Origin: Andalucia godoyi And28
Taxonomy: Eukaryota; Protista; Jakobida
Direction of reading: 5' to 3'
Assembly (NCBI GenBank): GCA_009859145.1
Contig: VRVR01000026.1
Coordinates: 1 to 64,000, forward strand
DNA: 64,000 nt
Of the stretch, positions 29,125-39,396 are shown one piece after another. Each line of letters begins with the position of its first letter. Position 1 is the first letter of the stretch. Under the pieces are notes generated by a model that worked only from the letters and a program-made list of their open reading frames with translations, was not told the DNA's origin and made no database searches. The position numbers were made by a program, and so were the translations under genes.

Positions 29125-32070
29125 TTACGTTGCCGCACTGGCAGCAATTGCTTGGCATTGTCTGTCCGAAGCACGAGTCACGAGCACTTGGAAATGGTAA
29201 CACCACTGATCTCGCAGAAGATCGGTCTCCACTGCCAGTTCAAGAAACGCATTTCCGCTGACGCACACACGCATGAAATACCCATTTTGATTGCGTTTCG
29301 CAGCCGGCCACAAATGCCGTGTATCTTCCCATGTCAAGGCATCCCACGAAACCGAGAATGCCGGAGAAATGGCGACTTGCTGCAGCAGCCGTCGGTCGCT
29401 GAGGCTGTCGGAAGACCAAACGAGCAGACAGAGACCTGCAACGTCGAGTACGACAAATGATCGGCGCCACTTGCTCGCTGCAGTGTCTGACGAGAACAGA
29501 TTGGAAAAAACCGATCTTCTGGGCGGAGCACGCGCGCTGCCCGATCCGGCTTTCTGAGGCAGCAGCGATCTGTAATAGAGAAAATCGGACTTTGCATGCA
29601 GGGCGACGTCGGAAGCGGCAGTTCGTGCACTCGATGTGGCGCGACCGGCACCTTTGTGATTCAAAAGCGAGCTCGAAGATTGCCCCTGAGTCACGGAGCC
29701 ATATTTGAAGCGGTTGAAAAACGATGCTCCGCCAACAACCGGCTTAACAACAGAGGATGGATGGGTAACGTCGAATCCTTGTTCGATGCTCCCCGGACGA
29801 CTTACGCCAGTCAACTCCGAGAAGGCTTGTGGCGGCGGTCGCCAAGACGGGTCTGAAATGTCTGTGAACGCTTGGCTTCTTAAGAATCCGCTCGTGCGTT
29901 CAATGAGCTGCCGAACCTTCCACTGCGTCTCATCACTCTCGCGCAGCATCGCGTTGAACTGACGATTCATGATGAAAAGATCAACATCACCTTCAATGCA
30001 GTCCAGATCCGACGATAAAATGTCTGCGGAAATGGAGGAGAGATCAAACGATGCCAGAATCACAGTGAGAGAAACGCCGATTTCTTCCAAATACCTCGTG
30101 AACAGCATGTGCTGGAAGGCAAATCGCTCCGCCAACGATGACATGTACTTGTGCATTCCAAACATGGTCTCGACCAGATCGTTGCGGCACGTTGCGCGAA
30201 AATATGAAAAATCCTTCCGAATGGCACGAGCTTGGTAATCCGCTGCAAGCAGCGCATCCCGGAGCTTCTGAATCAAAGCCTGTTGCGCAGAGTCATCTGG
30301 GGACTTGGCAACCAGACTTGCCATGAAAACAGAATCATCATCAGAGTTCGCACGAAGGGTCTCGCCTTTCACTTCTTTGGGTTGCATGCCATCTTCTTTG
30401 CTACGGTTCACCGTCGCAGAAGCTGCCTCCGTGGACGATGTTGCATCAGCGGGAGAAGATGTGCTATCGTCTGCAGTTGAAAATGGCTCTTGGTCGCGAT
30501 GCTGCAGTAACGCAGGAGAGGACGCAGAAGAGATAGGAAGTCCAATTGGTGACACAACAGAGGACTCAAAAGACATTCGATCATCCGACAGCTCAGGAGG
30601 AGGTGATCCAGGAATTGGAGTGGAAGGTGATGTGTCCAGATCGACCGCATGGGCGTCATGCTCAGTAACAGAATCAGAGACCGACACTGCAGAAGATGGC
30701 ACGAAACCGGATAGTTGAGATTGCAAGGCATCGACCTGCGCGCGAAGCTCCGCGTTTTCCTTTCGCAGATCGTCATTCTGCATAAACAGCGAAGCCTCGT
30801 CTGTCCCATTCCGCGGAGACTCCAGGGCCGATTCGGCGACACGATTCGCTTCGAAAACCTGCGCGACATCCTCATACTTGGAAAGACGGGACTTGAGCGT
30901 ATCCACCTGTACAGAAAGCTTCTGAATAAGGGCTTTTGCACTGTCCAGTTCTTTCTTCAGCTCAGCAGCGCTGAGTTCCACATTTCGCACCGGCTTGTTC
31001 TTGATGTTCTTGGCTCGCTGTCCAAACTGGAGGGTCGATATGGATTCGGGGGAATGGATGCCAGCGGGGGAAATGTTGATGAGCAGTGTCGTTCTGGCGT
31101 TTCCACCAAGTGCATGCTGCAGTAATCTTGTCAACTTGGACTCTCGATACGGGATATGAAATCCACCAGGAGAAGACGAATTTGATCTGTTTTGGGATTC
31201 CACAAGCGCCTTGATTACCATGCCGAGCCGTGTCAAGCTTAAATTGATTTGCGACGCCTCCTGCAGCCGCAACCCAGTAGCCTCTGTTTTGCTGACCTTT
31301 TCGGAACCAGCAAGATCCACGAGATTCAACTTCCCTGTCCTGCTCTCCTGTGTCTGTCGGTTCTTGCAAGTGATCTCCATCTGAAAGATCGAGTGAGAAC
31401 GTGACGAGCGTGCATTCATCTTCGTAGCCCCAACCATTCGGTGTTTGTTTCCCAGCTCAAGAAGCTGCATCACTTCCCCGGCCTCCGACACGTAAAACTC
31501 TGTCAAACCTTCCACATACACTCCACGTTGCGGGGTTTCGTGCAGGTCCAAGGCAACTTGTTGCTGCTGCCCTGGGAATGCCGGCGATGCAGGAGACCCT
31601 GAATTTCCGACTTCAGATCCCAGCAAATCTCGAATTCTTTCCATGTACAACTCAAAGTACGAAACTTTGATCAGATATTCGTGATTGTGGGAAGACTCCA
31701 TTGCAATTCGCGAGAACAGGTCCCTCATCATTCGAGGAATGATACCGAGATCGCTTCCAGTTCCAGACATGGAGTGTGTCTTTCCAGATCCAGTTTGGCC
31801 ATATGCAAACAAGCATCCGTTATAACCTTGCAGCACATCATTCAAAATTGGCTGACCAACCCATCGATACAGCTCTTCCTGCGTTGCCGTTGGTGGAAAC
31901 ACCCGATCAAACACATAGTTTCGAGCAGCGTTGATGACGGGATCAAAGATCGAAAGAGACCGAACCACATTCGTGCTCGTGTCAATTGGAAACGTCACAA
32001 TTTCGCTCCCGGAATCCACTGTCGGCATCAATGGACGACATCGCGCAACCACAGAAATCGAACACGCCAT
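29125..32070 (-). CDS. N-terminal-motor kinesin (kinesin-1-like neck) with a C-terminal PH-like domain
   Basis: FAYGQTGSGKT, NARSSRSH, DLAGSE and HIPYRESKLTRLL motifs; C-terminal WRRSFVVL...DLLRDQW. Confidence 0.92.
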   Translation of the reverse strand: MACSISVVARCRPLMPTVDSGSEIVTFPIDTSTNVVRSLSIFDPVINAARNYVFDRVFPPTATQEELYRWVGQPILNDVLQGYNGCLFAYGQTGSGKTHSMSGTGSDLGIIPRMMRDLFSRIAMESSHNHEYLIKVSYFELYMERIRDLLGSEVGNSGSPASPAFPGQQQQVALDLHETPQRGVYVEGLTEFYVSEAGEVMQLLELGNKHRMVGATKMNARSSRSHSIFQMEITCKNRQTQESRTGKLNLVDLAGSEKVSKTEATGLRLQEASQINLSLTRLGMVIKALVESQNRSNSSSPGGFHIPYRESKLTRLLQHALGGNARTTLLINISPAGIHSPESISTLQFGQRAKNIKNKPVRNVELSAAELKKELDSAKALIQKLSVQVDTLKSRLSKYEDVAQVFEANRVAESALESPRNGTDEASLFMQNDDLRKENAELRAQVDALQSQLSGFVPSSAVSVSDSVTEHDAHAVDLDTSPSTPIPGSPPPELSDDRMSFESSVVSPIGLPISSASSPALLQHRDQEPFSTADDSTSSPADATSSTEAASATVNRSKEDGMQPKEVKGETLRANSDDDSVFMASLVAKSPDDSAQQALIQKLRDALLAADYQARAIRKDFSYFRATCRNDLVETMFGMHKYMSSLAERFAFQHMLFTRYLEEIGVSLTVILASFDLSSISADILSSDLDCIEGDVDLFIMNRQFNAMLRESDETQWKVRQLIERTSGFLRSQAFTDISDPSWRPPPQAFSELTGVSRPGSIEQGFDVTHPSSVVKPVVGGASFFNRFKYGSVTQGQSSSSLLNHKGAGRATSSARTAASDVALHAKSDFLYYRSLLPQKAGSGSARAPPRRSVFSNLFSSDTAASKWRRSFVVLDVAGLCLLVWSSDSLSDRRLLQQVAISPAFSVSWDALTWEDTRHLWPAAKRNQNGYFMRVCVSGNAFLELAVETDLLRDQWCYHFQVLVTRASDRQCQAIAASAAT

Positions 32071-32149
32071 GATTACGGAGGAGGAGGTCAGCAAAATAAA
32101 TAATAAAGAACAAAAAAGAACAAATTGCTCCGTGAGTAGCTTTTTTTCT

Positions 32150-32368
<219 letters not shown>

Positions 32369-32399
32369 AAGAAGGTTTCTTTATGCTTTCTTCCTTACA

Positions 32400-33011
32400 T
32401 TATTCTCCGTGGGTGCCAAATCTCAGCGAACGGGAAAAAAGCATTATGCGAACAGGACGAATGATCGTCGGGAGTTTTTCGTTACTCAAGCTGCCTCCTT
32501 GAGGTCTTTTCTTCTGTCCATGTTTCCGCTCGCCAAGACGTGAATCATTCATTATAGGTTATCGGGCCAAGTTGTGTCACCGGAGACAGATCCAAGCCAC
32601 GTGTTTTTAATTGGGTCGAGCACCACCTCTTCAATGCAGATTGCTCTGCATCAAAGGGCCATCGCTTCTTCTTGCTCTCCGCCTCCGACGAGAGAGAATC
32701 AACGGGTTTCTTGGTTCTCACTATCTTCGGGGCATGGCCGGTTTGAGTTTGTCGGGAAGATCCCCTCTCTGGAGCGATGAGATGTTTCGTCTCTGACGAG
32801 GTGCTGCTTGAGGTTTCGATAGAAAAAACACAAACAGAAAAAATAATAGAATGAAAATGAAAAAAATGAAAAAAAAAGTGAAAGAATGAAAAAATTGGAA
32901 CATCGAGTCCCCCGTAGGGTTAGATAAACAAATTTCCAGTAACGATGCTGTTTGTTTAATGCTCAGTGTTGATACACAAAACGGTCAACGTGATCCGTAC
33001 AAAACGTAACG
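32400..33011 (-). mobile_element. Dispersed repeat D2, probable decayed 5' part of a Fanzor element
   Basis: Homologous to 10775-11050. Starts CCG|ttacgttttgtac, resembling the reverse complement of the right ends. One frame gives KKKRWPFDAEQSALKRWC (HTH-start-like, 32620-32675). 3' boundary uncertain. Confidence 0.5.
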
Positions 33012-33151
33012 GCGTGCAGTGTCTCGGACATCAAACGTGCCCAATCTCGGGAACATCGTGGCGAATCTCAAAGGTGCTCCGTGTTAATCCTCTTTTTATT
33101 TATTTATTTATTATTATTATTATTTATTTTCATTGTTCTCGGTTATTGTTA

Positions 33152-34531
33152 TTATTGGTGTTGAAAAGGACTCCGGACACCTCTTCTTCGTTTGGGAAGT
33201 GGAGCAGTTGGCAAGCCGAGGGGTTCGCACACTGAATGTACATTGGTGCCAAGGAAAGAAGACGAACAGCACTGAGATGCAACGGAGTGCTCTGGCAGGG
33301 CCACGTCACCCACTGAGGAGTGCAGAACGACGCTTAGAGCCATGCGCTGTTTCACAGATGGAGATACGGATGCATTGGAATCGTGATCCGTCAGGTGGCA
33401 GGAGGCTGCCGATATGTGCGGGTCTTCTGCGGAATGTTCTGTCAGCATAGACGACGCAGAGGTCTTCCTCACAAACTGCATTCCGCGAAAGTCCCAGCCA
33501 TACATTGCAGCATTCTCGTTCGATGCCGAGCGACCTGAGAATGAACTGTGAGAAGCGTATGCCTTGTCCAAGGTCTGGATCGCAGCGGGACTCGCTGGAT
33601 ACGGAGACGGCTGCTTCTGATACCACTGCTGCAGAAGACGTCGGAAATCAGCATCGATCCCAAGTGCAGGATACCGGCTTTGCGGCAAAGAGAGAATCCC
33701 CGCAGCGGACGCGTTGCCCCATCCGGCAGGCATACCGCCCATGGGAATGCCGCCATGGGCAACATTACGAGGAGCCGAATATTGATCGAACTGCAGAAAC
33801 TGTTGCTGATGCTGCTGCAGTGCTCCGCCTTGAGGAACGGCTGGCGGAATTGAAAAGGTATGAAGAAGGGATGGAGAAGGTGCACGGGGTACAACATGTG
33901 GAGGGCCATGATTGGACACGGACCAGAGCGAAAGAGGGTTGCAACGGCCGGGTTGCGCATTGTGGAACGGAGCCGCGCAGCATCCAATCCTGGACGCAGT
34001 GTACATGCTTTGCTGCACTCCTGCTGTTGCAGATGCTGCTGTCGAACGAACGTGTTCTAGAACTTCGTCGACTGAAAGCCAAGGTATTTCGCGAAGAAGA
34101 TTGCAAGCAGAGTCGACGATGCAGACGTCTCGGTTCAACATCGCTCCTTCAAGTGCAGTAGGCGGGTCAACATCCCTGAAGCTTGTCACTCCCGAGGCAA
34201 CAGATTCGGACGGAACGCGTGCTGGCGCGACGGTGGAAGAGGAGCTCCGCGGGTGCGGAGCAGTCGATGCAGAAAACTCCATGATTCGAAGAAGTGCACT
34301 TCTTCGTTCGAACAGCTTTCTGAATTTGACGTACGGCCACGACACCGCATCTGGTGCAGGCAGGTCCGGAACTGAAAGTGCCGGGATCTTCACCTTGGGA
34401 ACCACCGTCTTGCAGTACGACGCAAACATTTGCTTGAGAGTGTGGGGCGAAACACCCAGCCGCAAGGATGCTTCCCTTACGGACAAGTGGAATAGCGACG
34501 GCAGATTGCACGGATTTTCTATACCCATCAT
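33152..34531 (-). CDS. RWP-RK domain transcription factor-like protein
   Basis: LFHLSVREASLRLGVSPHTLKQ...SWPYVK resembles the RWP-RK signature; the remainder is low-complexity and Q-rich. Confidence 0.68.
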   Translation of the reverse strand: MMGIENPCNLPSLFHLSVREASLRLGVSPHTLKQMFASYCKTVVPKVKIPALSVPDLPAPDAVSWPYVKFRKLFERRSALLRIMEFSASTAPHPRSSSSTVAPARVPSESVASGVTSFRDVDPPTALEGAMLNRDVCIVDSACNLLREIPWLSVDEVLEHVRSTAASATAGVQQSMYTASRIGCCAAPFHNAQPGRCNPLSLWSVSNHGPPHVVPRAPSPSLLHTFSIPPAVPQGGALQQHQQQFLQFDQYSAPRNVAHGGIPMGGMPAGWGNASAAGILSLPQSRYPALGIDADFRRLLQQWYQKQPSPYPASPAAIQTLDKAYASHSSFSGRSASNENAAMYGWDFRGMQFVRKTSASSMLTEHSAEDPHISAASCHLTDHDSNASVSPSVKQRMALSVVLHSSVGDVALPEHSVASQCCSSSFLGTNVHSVCEPLGLPTAPLPKRRRGVRSPFQHQ

Positions 34532-35761
34532 CGGCAACATTATCATCATCACCAACACCACCACCACCACCACTGCTGCTGCTGCCAGCTTGCCTCTGAA
34601 TAAACAAAGGGTTGGGACGATGCGAGGCTGACGGTCGAATTAAACTGGCAAGATCCCAAAAACGAGAGACAGAGACAGAGACAGAGACAGAGACACCGAG
34701 ACAAAGAGACAGAGACACCGAGAGAGAGAGAGACAAAGAGATGGGTGATTAGCAACCGAACACGTTCCAATGAACGTTCAGAAATGCCGAACCAACCAAC
34801 AAAAATGACGACAAGCTCGCTTGTCCGGAAACCCGCACGCTCCAGTGAAGTAAAGCGCTCGAGTGCTGGAACAAAGACGAGTTGTAAAAAAGGGCGCACC
34901 TTTCTGCTGCGCACGGATGATATGCTGCGTGAGCATGGCCGATCCGGAGGATGCCTTCTAGGGCAACATCCGTCCGCCGTCTGCTGCGACGCCCATCTTC
35001 TCGAAATCCCTGTCAATCAAAGTTGTTTTTGACAAGCGTCCGAAAAGGTAAGGCAGCCGCACGTCAAAGAAGGCGCTACGGAAACAGAAACGGAATTTGA
35101 AGACCGCTTGGCGACGGTTCGAAAAGCCACGTGGCTGTTGAAGGTTGCGACTTTTCCCCTGCCGTCCGTTCGACGTCCCCCGCTTTCTTTCTGCTGTTCT
35201 GACACTCGAAGCAGTCTGAAAAGAAGGATGAGTTTTTTGATCTTTTGCAGCCATCCAATCCCCGCTCGGCACGTTGCGCATGCTGGGAGGAGCTCGAGAG
35301 AAGAAATGACAGATCCTTTTGGATCAAGAAATGCGGCATTTCCAAAGGGAAGCTTCTTGATTGGAAAAGGGATTGAAGTGCTGCTTCCCTGACTTCATCC
35401 GTTTTGGTGATGGTTCATTACTGACTGTCTGCTCGCATCTGCAGTCATTTTCCTCGGGCGTATAGCGCGTCCAGAAAGCTCCAAAAGGAGCGCTGCTTCC
35501 GCCCCCAGATCAGCATGCACGTTTGCTCTCACCTGAGGGCGGAGATCAATCAAAGTTGTTCTGCATGCTTGCACGAACTGGGCAACTTCGCGACAACTGA
35601 AAAGATTCCGCAGCGAGAGGCTTTGCGGGTCTGCATTGGGACGGGCTTATCGGATCGCAAAAGCATGTCACAAACGTTGCGACGAGAGCTGCAGTATGAA
35701 GACCGCAGCGTGCGTCACTGCGGCCCACACAAAATAAAGATTGGGATCCAACCATCACCAC

Positions 35762-37594
35762 TTACTTCTTGCGACCACCGCGTTCTTTCATAGAGACGTT
35801 GAAGTGAATTGCTGCATGAGGAACAATATGCTGCGACAACGTATTCCACGAGTCAGAATCCTTGAGAAAAACACCTCCGATGGCAGTAGAGAGCCGTATC
35901 TTGGACGAAGGACAGTCTGATCCCAGGGACGCAATAAGAGATTCTTTGAGTAAGCTGGCAGGCTCAGAAGCACCCTGCAACGCAGCAGCAGAAACATTGA
36001 CGCCTGCCACCTGCCCATTAAACTTCCAAGAATACACTTCCGGGACAGAGGGACACAGGAACCGGACGGACACAGTCGAACTCCCGGCTCCAGAAGGCGG
36101 GAGAGGTGGCGGAAACGTAGGCTGGAAAACTGGTTTCGGAGGGATTGAAGTCGCAACCGCGATGCCGGGGGGAGGACCCGTGGGAGGCAGTGGGGGCGGG
36201 GGCGGGGGCGGGGGCGGGGGCAGAGAAGGATTGCTTGCTGACATGATGTTGGCGGGGGTCATGGATGATGAGGTGGCAAAGGCGGAGGACTGGGTGGCGG
36301 GACCGTATCGCATTCGCTTGGCATCCGGTTCTCCCGCTTTGAACGACGACGTTGAAATCGGCGGAGGAATATTCTGTCCACTTCCTCTGCCCATTGTCAG
36401 GCTCGATGCGTGCTGCGGGAGTTGCGACTGCACCACAGAATGTGACTGTGTATGTGAATGGACGGGCGGTGGCGGGTGCCTGGCATCTCCTCCGTCTTCG
36501 CGCTGTTTTCCAAACCTCATAATTTGCGATACTGCATCTTCGTTCGAAACCAGATTTGTCGTGGAATAGCGCATTGCCTCCTTGTCCTTCAATTGCTTCC
36601 ACTCCGACGACATCAACTGCACACGCAAATGCTCGGAAATCTTGGAAATCGGCATCACAGCTCCCGTTACCGGATCAATGGCCATCGGCTCCAACAGTTC
36701 CGCCGTCAAACCAAGGGCGCTGGGGTCCTTTCGTACGATCTTTCTCCCTTCAAACTCGCCCACGACCTGCTCGCCCGCCGTACTTCCAGATCCCTTTGAA
36801 AACACGGTGAGCGGTATCGTTTCAACCACCACGAAGTCATACCAGTCAAATGCCTCCTCCTCTTCCAACACCTGCGCAGGAGCGGTTCCATCCGTCGCCA
36901 AGGCCTGAGTCCTTTTCGCGTCCTGCACCAGCTTCTGCTGCCGCTGCTCCTGAACCACCTCCGAACGGTACTTTATCTGATCCAAAAGCTTGAACCGATC
37001 AAAAGAACCTGTCATGAATGCAGTTGCGCCAGAGAGCACATCCTTTAACAATTCTAGATATGCAGACACAAAAGATCGAAGAGTCTTGAAGAGCGGGTGT
37101 CGTTCGTGGCAGCAAGGCTCCTTGACAGCGGATGCCCACTCGGACTGAGCAACATTACGGATTGCCAGATACTGCGCAATGGCTTTCAAACTCTCCAAAT
37201 CGCGAAAGGTCGTCGACGGAGGAAGCGCTACAGAAAAGCGATCGTCTTGCAAATCAGCTCGCTTCTGTGCTGTCTTTGAAACTAGCGTCGCGTCAACAGC
37301 GGCCTGTTCCTTCTTATTCTTATTCCTCTTCTTCTTCTCTTCCTCCTCCTCTTCTTCTTCTTCCTTTTCCTTGGAAAATGCTTCGGCCGATCCCTCCCTG
37401 AACTCTTCAATCCGCAGTTTGTAGAAGGAGTGGTACGGAGAATCTTCTGCAAGGAACTGGAACCGAGGATTCGCTGCTTCTTTTTGGCGCAAAAACGCTT
37501 CAAATTTCGCTCCTTTTTGCGCAACAATCGCCGAGGTCTTGTCCACCAACACACGTATTTCACGCGGTGGAAGAATCACATTCGGAGCATTCAT
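35762..37594 (-). CDS. SF3A1: Splicing factor 3A subunit 1 (Prp21)
   Basis: SURP motif LVDKTSAIVAQKGAKFE...FQFL...PYHSFY, a second SURP, FDWYDFVVVETI, a Pro-rich region and a ubiquitin-like C-terminus. Confidence 0.9.
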   Translation of the reverse strand: MNAPNVILPPREIRVLVDKTSAIVAQKGAKFEAFLRQKEAANPRFQFLAEDSPYHSFYKLRIEEFREGSAEAFSKEKEEEEEEEEEKKKRNKNKKEQAAVDATLVSKTAQKRADLQDDRFSVALPPSTTFRDLESLKAIAQYLAIRNVAQSEWASAVKEPCCHERHPLFKTLRSFVSAYLELLKDVLSGATAFMTGSFDRFKLLDQIKYRSEVVQEQRQQKLVQDAKRTQALATDGTAPAQVLEEEEAFDWYDFVVVETIPLTVFSKGSGSTAGEQVVGEFEGRKIVRKDPSALGLTAELLEPMAIDPVTGAVMPISKISEHLRVQLMSSEWKQLKDKEAMRYSTTNLVSNEDAVSQIMRFGKQREDGGDARHPPPPVHSHTQSHSVVQSQLPQHASSLTMGRGSGQNIPPPISTSSFKAGEPDAKRMRYGPATQSSAFATSSSMTPANIMSASNPSLPPPPPPPPPPLPPTGPPPGIAVATSIPPKPVFQPTFPPPLPPSGAGSSTVSVRFLCPSVPEVYSWKFNGQVAGVNVSAAALQGASEPASLLKESLIASLGSDCPSSKIRLSTAIGGVFLKDSDSWNTLSQHIVPHAAIHFNVSMKERGGRKK

Positions 37595-38032
37595 CGTCCT
37601 CCTTTCCCAAAACTCAGGGCAGGAGGGGGAAAATGACAGTTCTCAACAGGAATTTTTTTTCTTAAATATAAGCAAAAATTAATCAAAGAAAAGGGGAATT
37701 TGAAATCGATCTGAATAGCATTTTTCTCGACGGAAAAATACTATTCTCGAATCTCTCGCAAGCTTTGGGAGGGGGGAACTCAAACACAGGATCGTTCCGG
37801 CTCTCTGCCTTTTCTCGCGGTACGTACCCTTTTTTTATAATATAAAAATCTCCTTTCATTTCCTTCTTGCTTTTTGTTCTTGTATTTATTTGAATTTAAT
37901 TTGGTGTTTCATACTAGTATTTGGGTTTTGTGTGACCGTTGTTTCTGTTTTGATCTCTTTTTTGTGTTCGCAGGTGTGGATATTATTATTGTTTTTCGTC
38001 GTATTGAGAACGATTTCGTGTTCAATTGAGAG

Positions 38033-39169
38033 ATGGATCCACGCCTAAAGCAGACGGCATACTTTCTGCGAGCATGCTTATTTCGCGGTCTGCCATCGGA
38101 AGTCCAGACTCTTGATCCTCATCGAATGACAATTGCGTATTTCTCCGTCGCTGGATTAAGCCTTCTTGGAGTATTGGATCGCCTGGCTGCGGAAAACCCA
38201 AGGCTCAAGCCACTCATGATTGAATGGATCTATCGACAGCAAGCTGCTTCCGGTCTGTTTCATCCAGGGCCCTTTCTTGGAACCAACTCGACGATATCAT
38301 CAACAGCAGCAGGCGCCTCGCCGTCCGAGCAGCCAATCGTGCACAGTGAAGTGGATCTCTCCAGGCTCCCGTTCTACGAATTTGGACACATTGCAATGAC
38401 CTACACTGCATTGGCAAATCTGCGAATGCTTGGTGACGACTTGTCGAGGATTCCGCGTGCTCGACTCGTGCACTCGTTGTCACAGTTCCAGCTTCCGCAC
38501 GGGGGCTTTTGCGCATATGGTCCTGGTTCAGAGACGGATGTCCGGTTTGTGTATTGTGCATGTGCGATTGCCGACATGCTGGGAGACTGGAGGTTTGTCA
38601 ATGTTGATGCCGCAGTTGGATTTCTCCGGAGATGCCACCGCTATGACGGTGGTTTCGCACAGGCCCCGGATCTCGAGTCCCATGGCGGTTCTACATATTG
38701 CGCTGTTGCTTCGCTGCACCTTATGGGCCAACTCGATTCGTTTTTTGGCTCGGAGGCGGATCGCCAGAGAACCGTCGTGTGGCTTTTGAACCGCCAAAGT
38801 GCGGAAGAAGGCGGCTTCTGCGGAAGACCGTACAAGGCTCCGGACACGTGTTATACGTTCTGGATTGGTGCTTCACTTCGCATGCTGTGTGCGGGAATAT
38901 TGGAGGACATGAAGTGTGCGACCGATGCAAATGAAAGCGCATCTGCAGCTTCGCACGCGTCGCTGTTCCCGCTGTTGGATCTCTCTGCGATCCGGAGGTT
39001 TATCTGGACGGCCTGGGATGACGATCACGGCGGGTTTGCAAAGGCCCCAGATCTTGCAGAAGATGTTCTTCATACATACTTCTCGCTTTGCGGCCTCGGC
39101 TGGTGCCACGAGCCAGGTGTTGGGCTGTACGATCCTGCACTCGGCTTTCCGCTCAGTGCTGAATCATAA
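38033..39169 (+). CDS. PGGT1B: Geranylgeranyltransferase type-I beta subunit
   Basis: HIAMTYTAL, ETDVRFVYCA, ESHGGSTYCA, GRPYKAPDTCYTFWIG and DVLHTYFSLCGL prenyltransferase repeats. Confidence 0.9.
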   Translation: MDPRLKQTAYFLRACLFRGLPSEVQTLDPHRMTIAYFSVAGLSLLGVLDRLAAENPRLKPLMIEWIYRQQAASGLFHPGPFLGTNSTISSTAAGASPSEQPIVHSEVDLSRLPFYEFGHIAMTYTALANLRMLGDDLSRIPRARLVHSLSQFQLPHGGFCAYGPGSETDVRFVYCACAIADMLGDWRFVNVDAAVGFLRRCHRYDGGFAQAPDLESHGGSTYCAVASLHLMGQLDSFFGSEADRQRTVVWLLNRQSAEEGGFCGRPYKAPDTCYTFWIGASLRMLCAGILEDMKCATDANESASAASHASLFPLLDLSAIRRFIWTAWDDDHGGFAKAPDLAEDVLHTYFSLCGLGWCHEPGVGLYDPALGFPLSAES

Positions 39170-39196
39170 CCATCATCATTAACACATTATCATCAC

Positions 39197-39396
39197 CGCT
39201 TGGTTAAACACTGATCAACAACGATAACGAGTTTCAAAACTGCGCATGGAAACCGGAGAGTTCAATTGCAGTCTCAAAGTCGCCAACTGGAGACGTTATG
39301 GCGAAGTTGCTCCCTTTTTCATGAAAATGGTTCAGGGCTTCCCATAACAAGTATGTTGTTGGGTGTTTTCAGCCCCACGCAAATATCTCCCCCTTA
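39197..39396 (-). ncRNA. 3' trailer / candidate omegaRNA and right end of Fanzor C
   Basis: Lies between the Fanzor stop and the terminus ...tcagtgtttaaccaagCG, which resembles the ends of A1/A2 (tcagtgtataacgtaggCG). Contains local stems (tcgcca/tggcga, gtctc/gagac). Confidence 0.45.
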
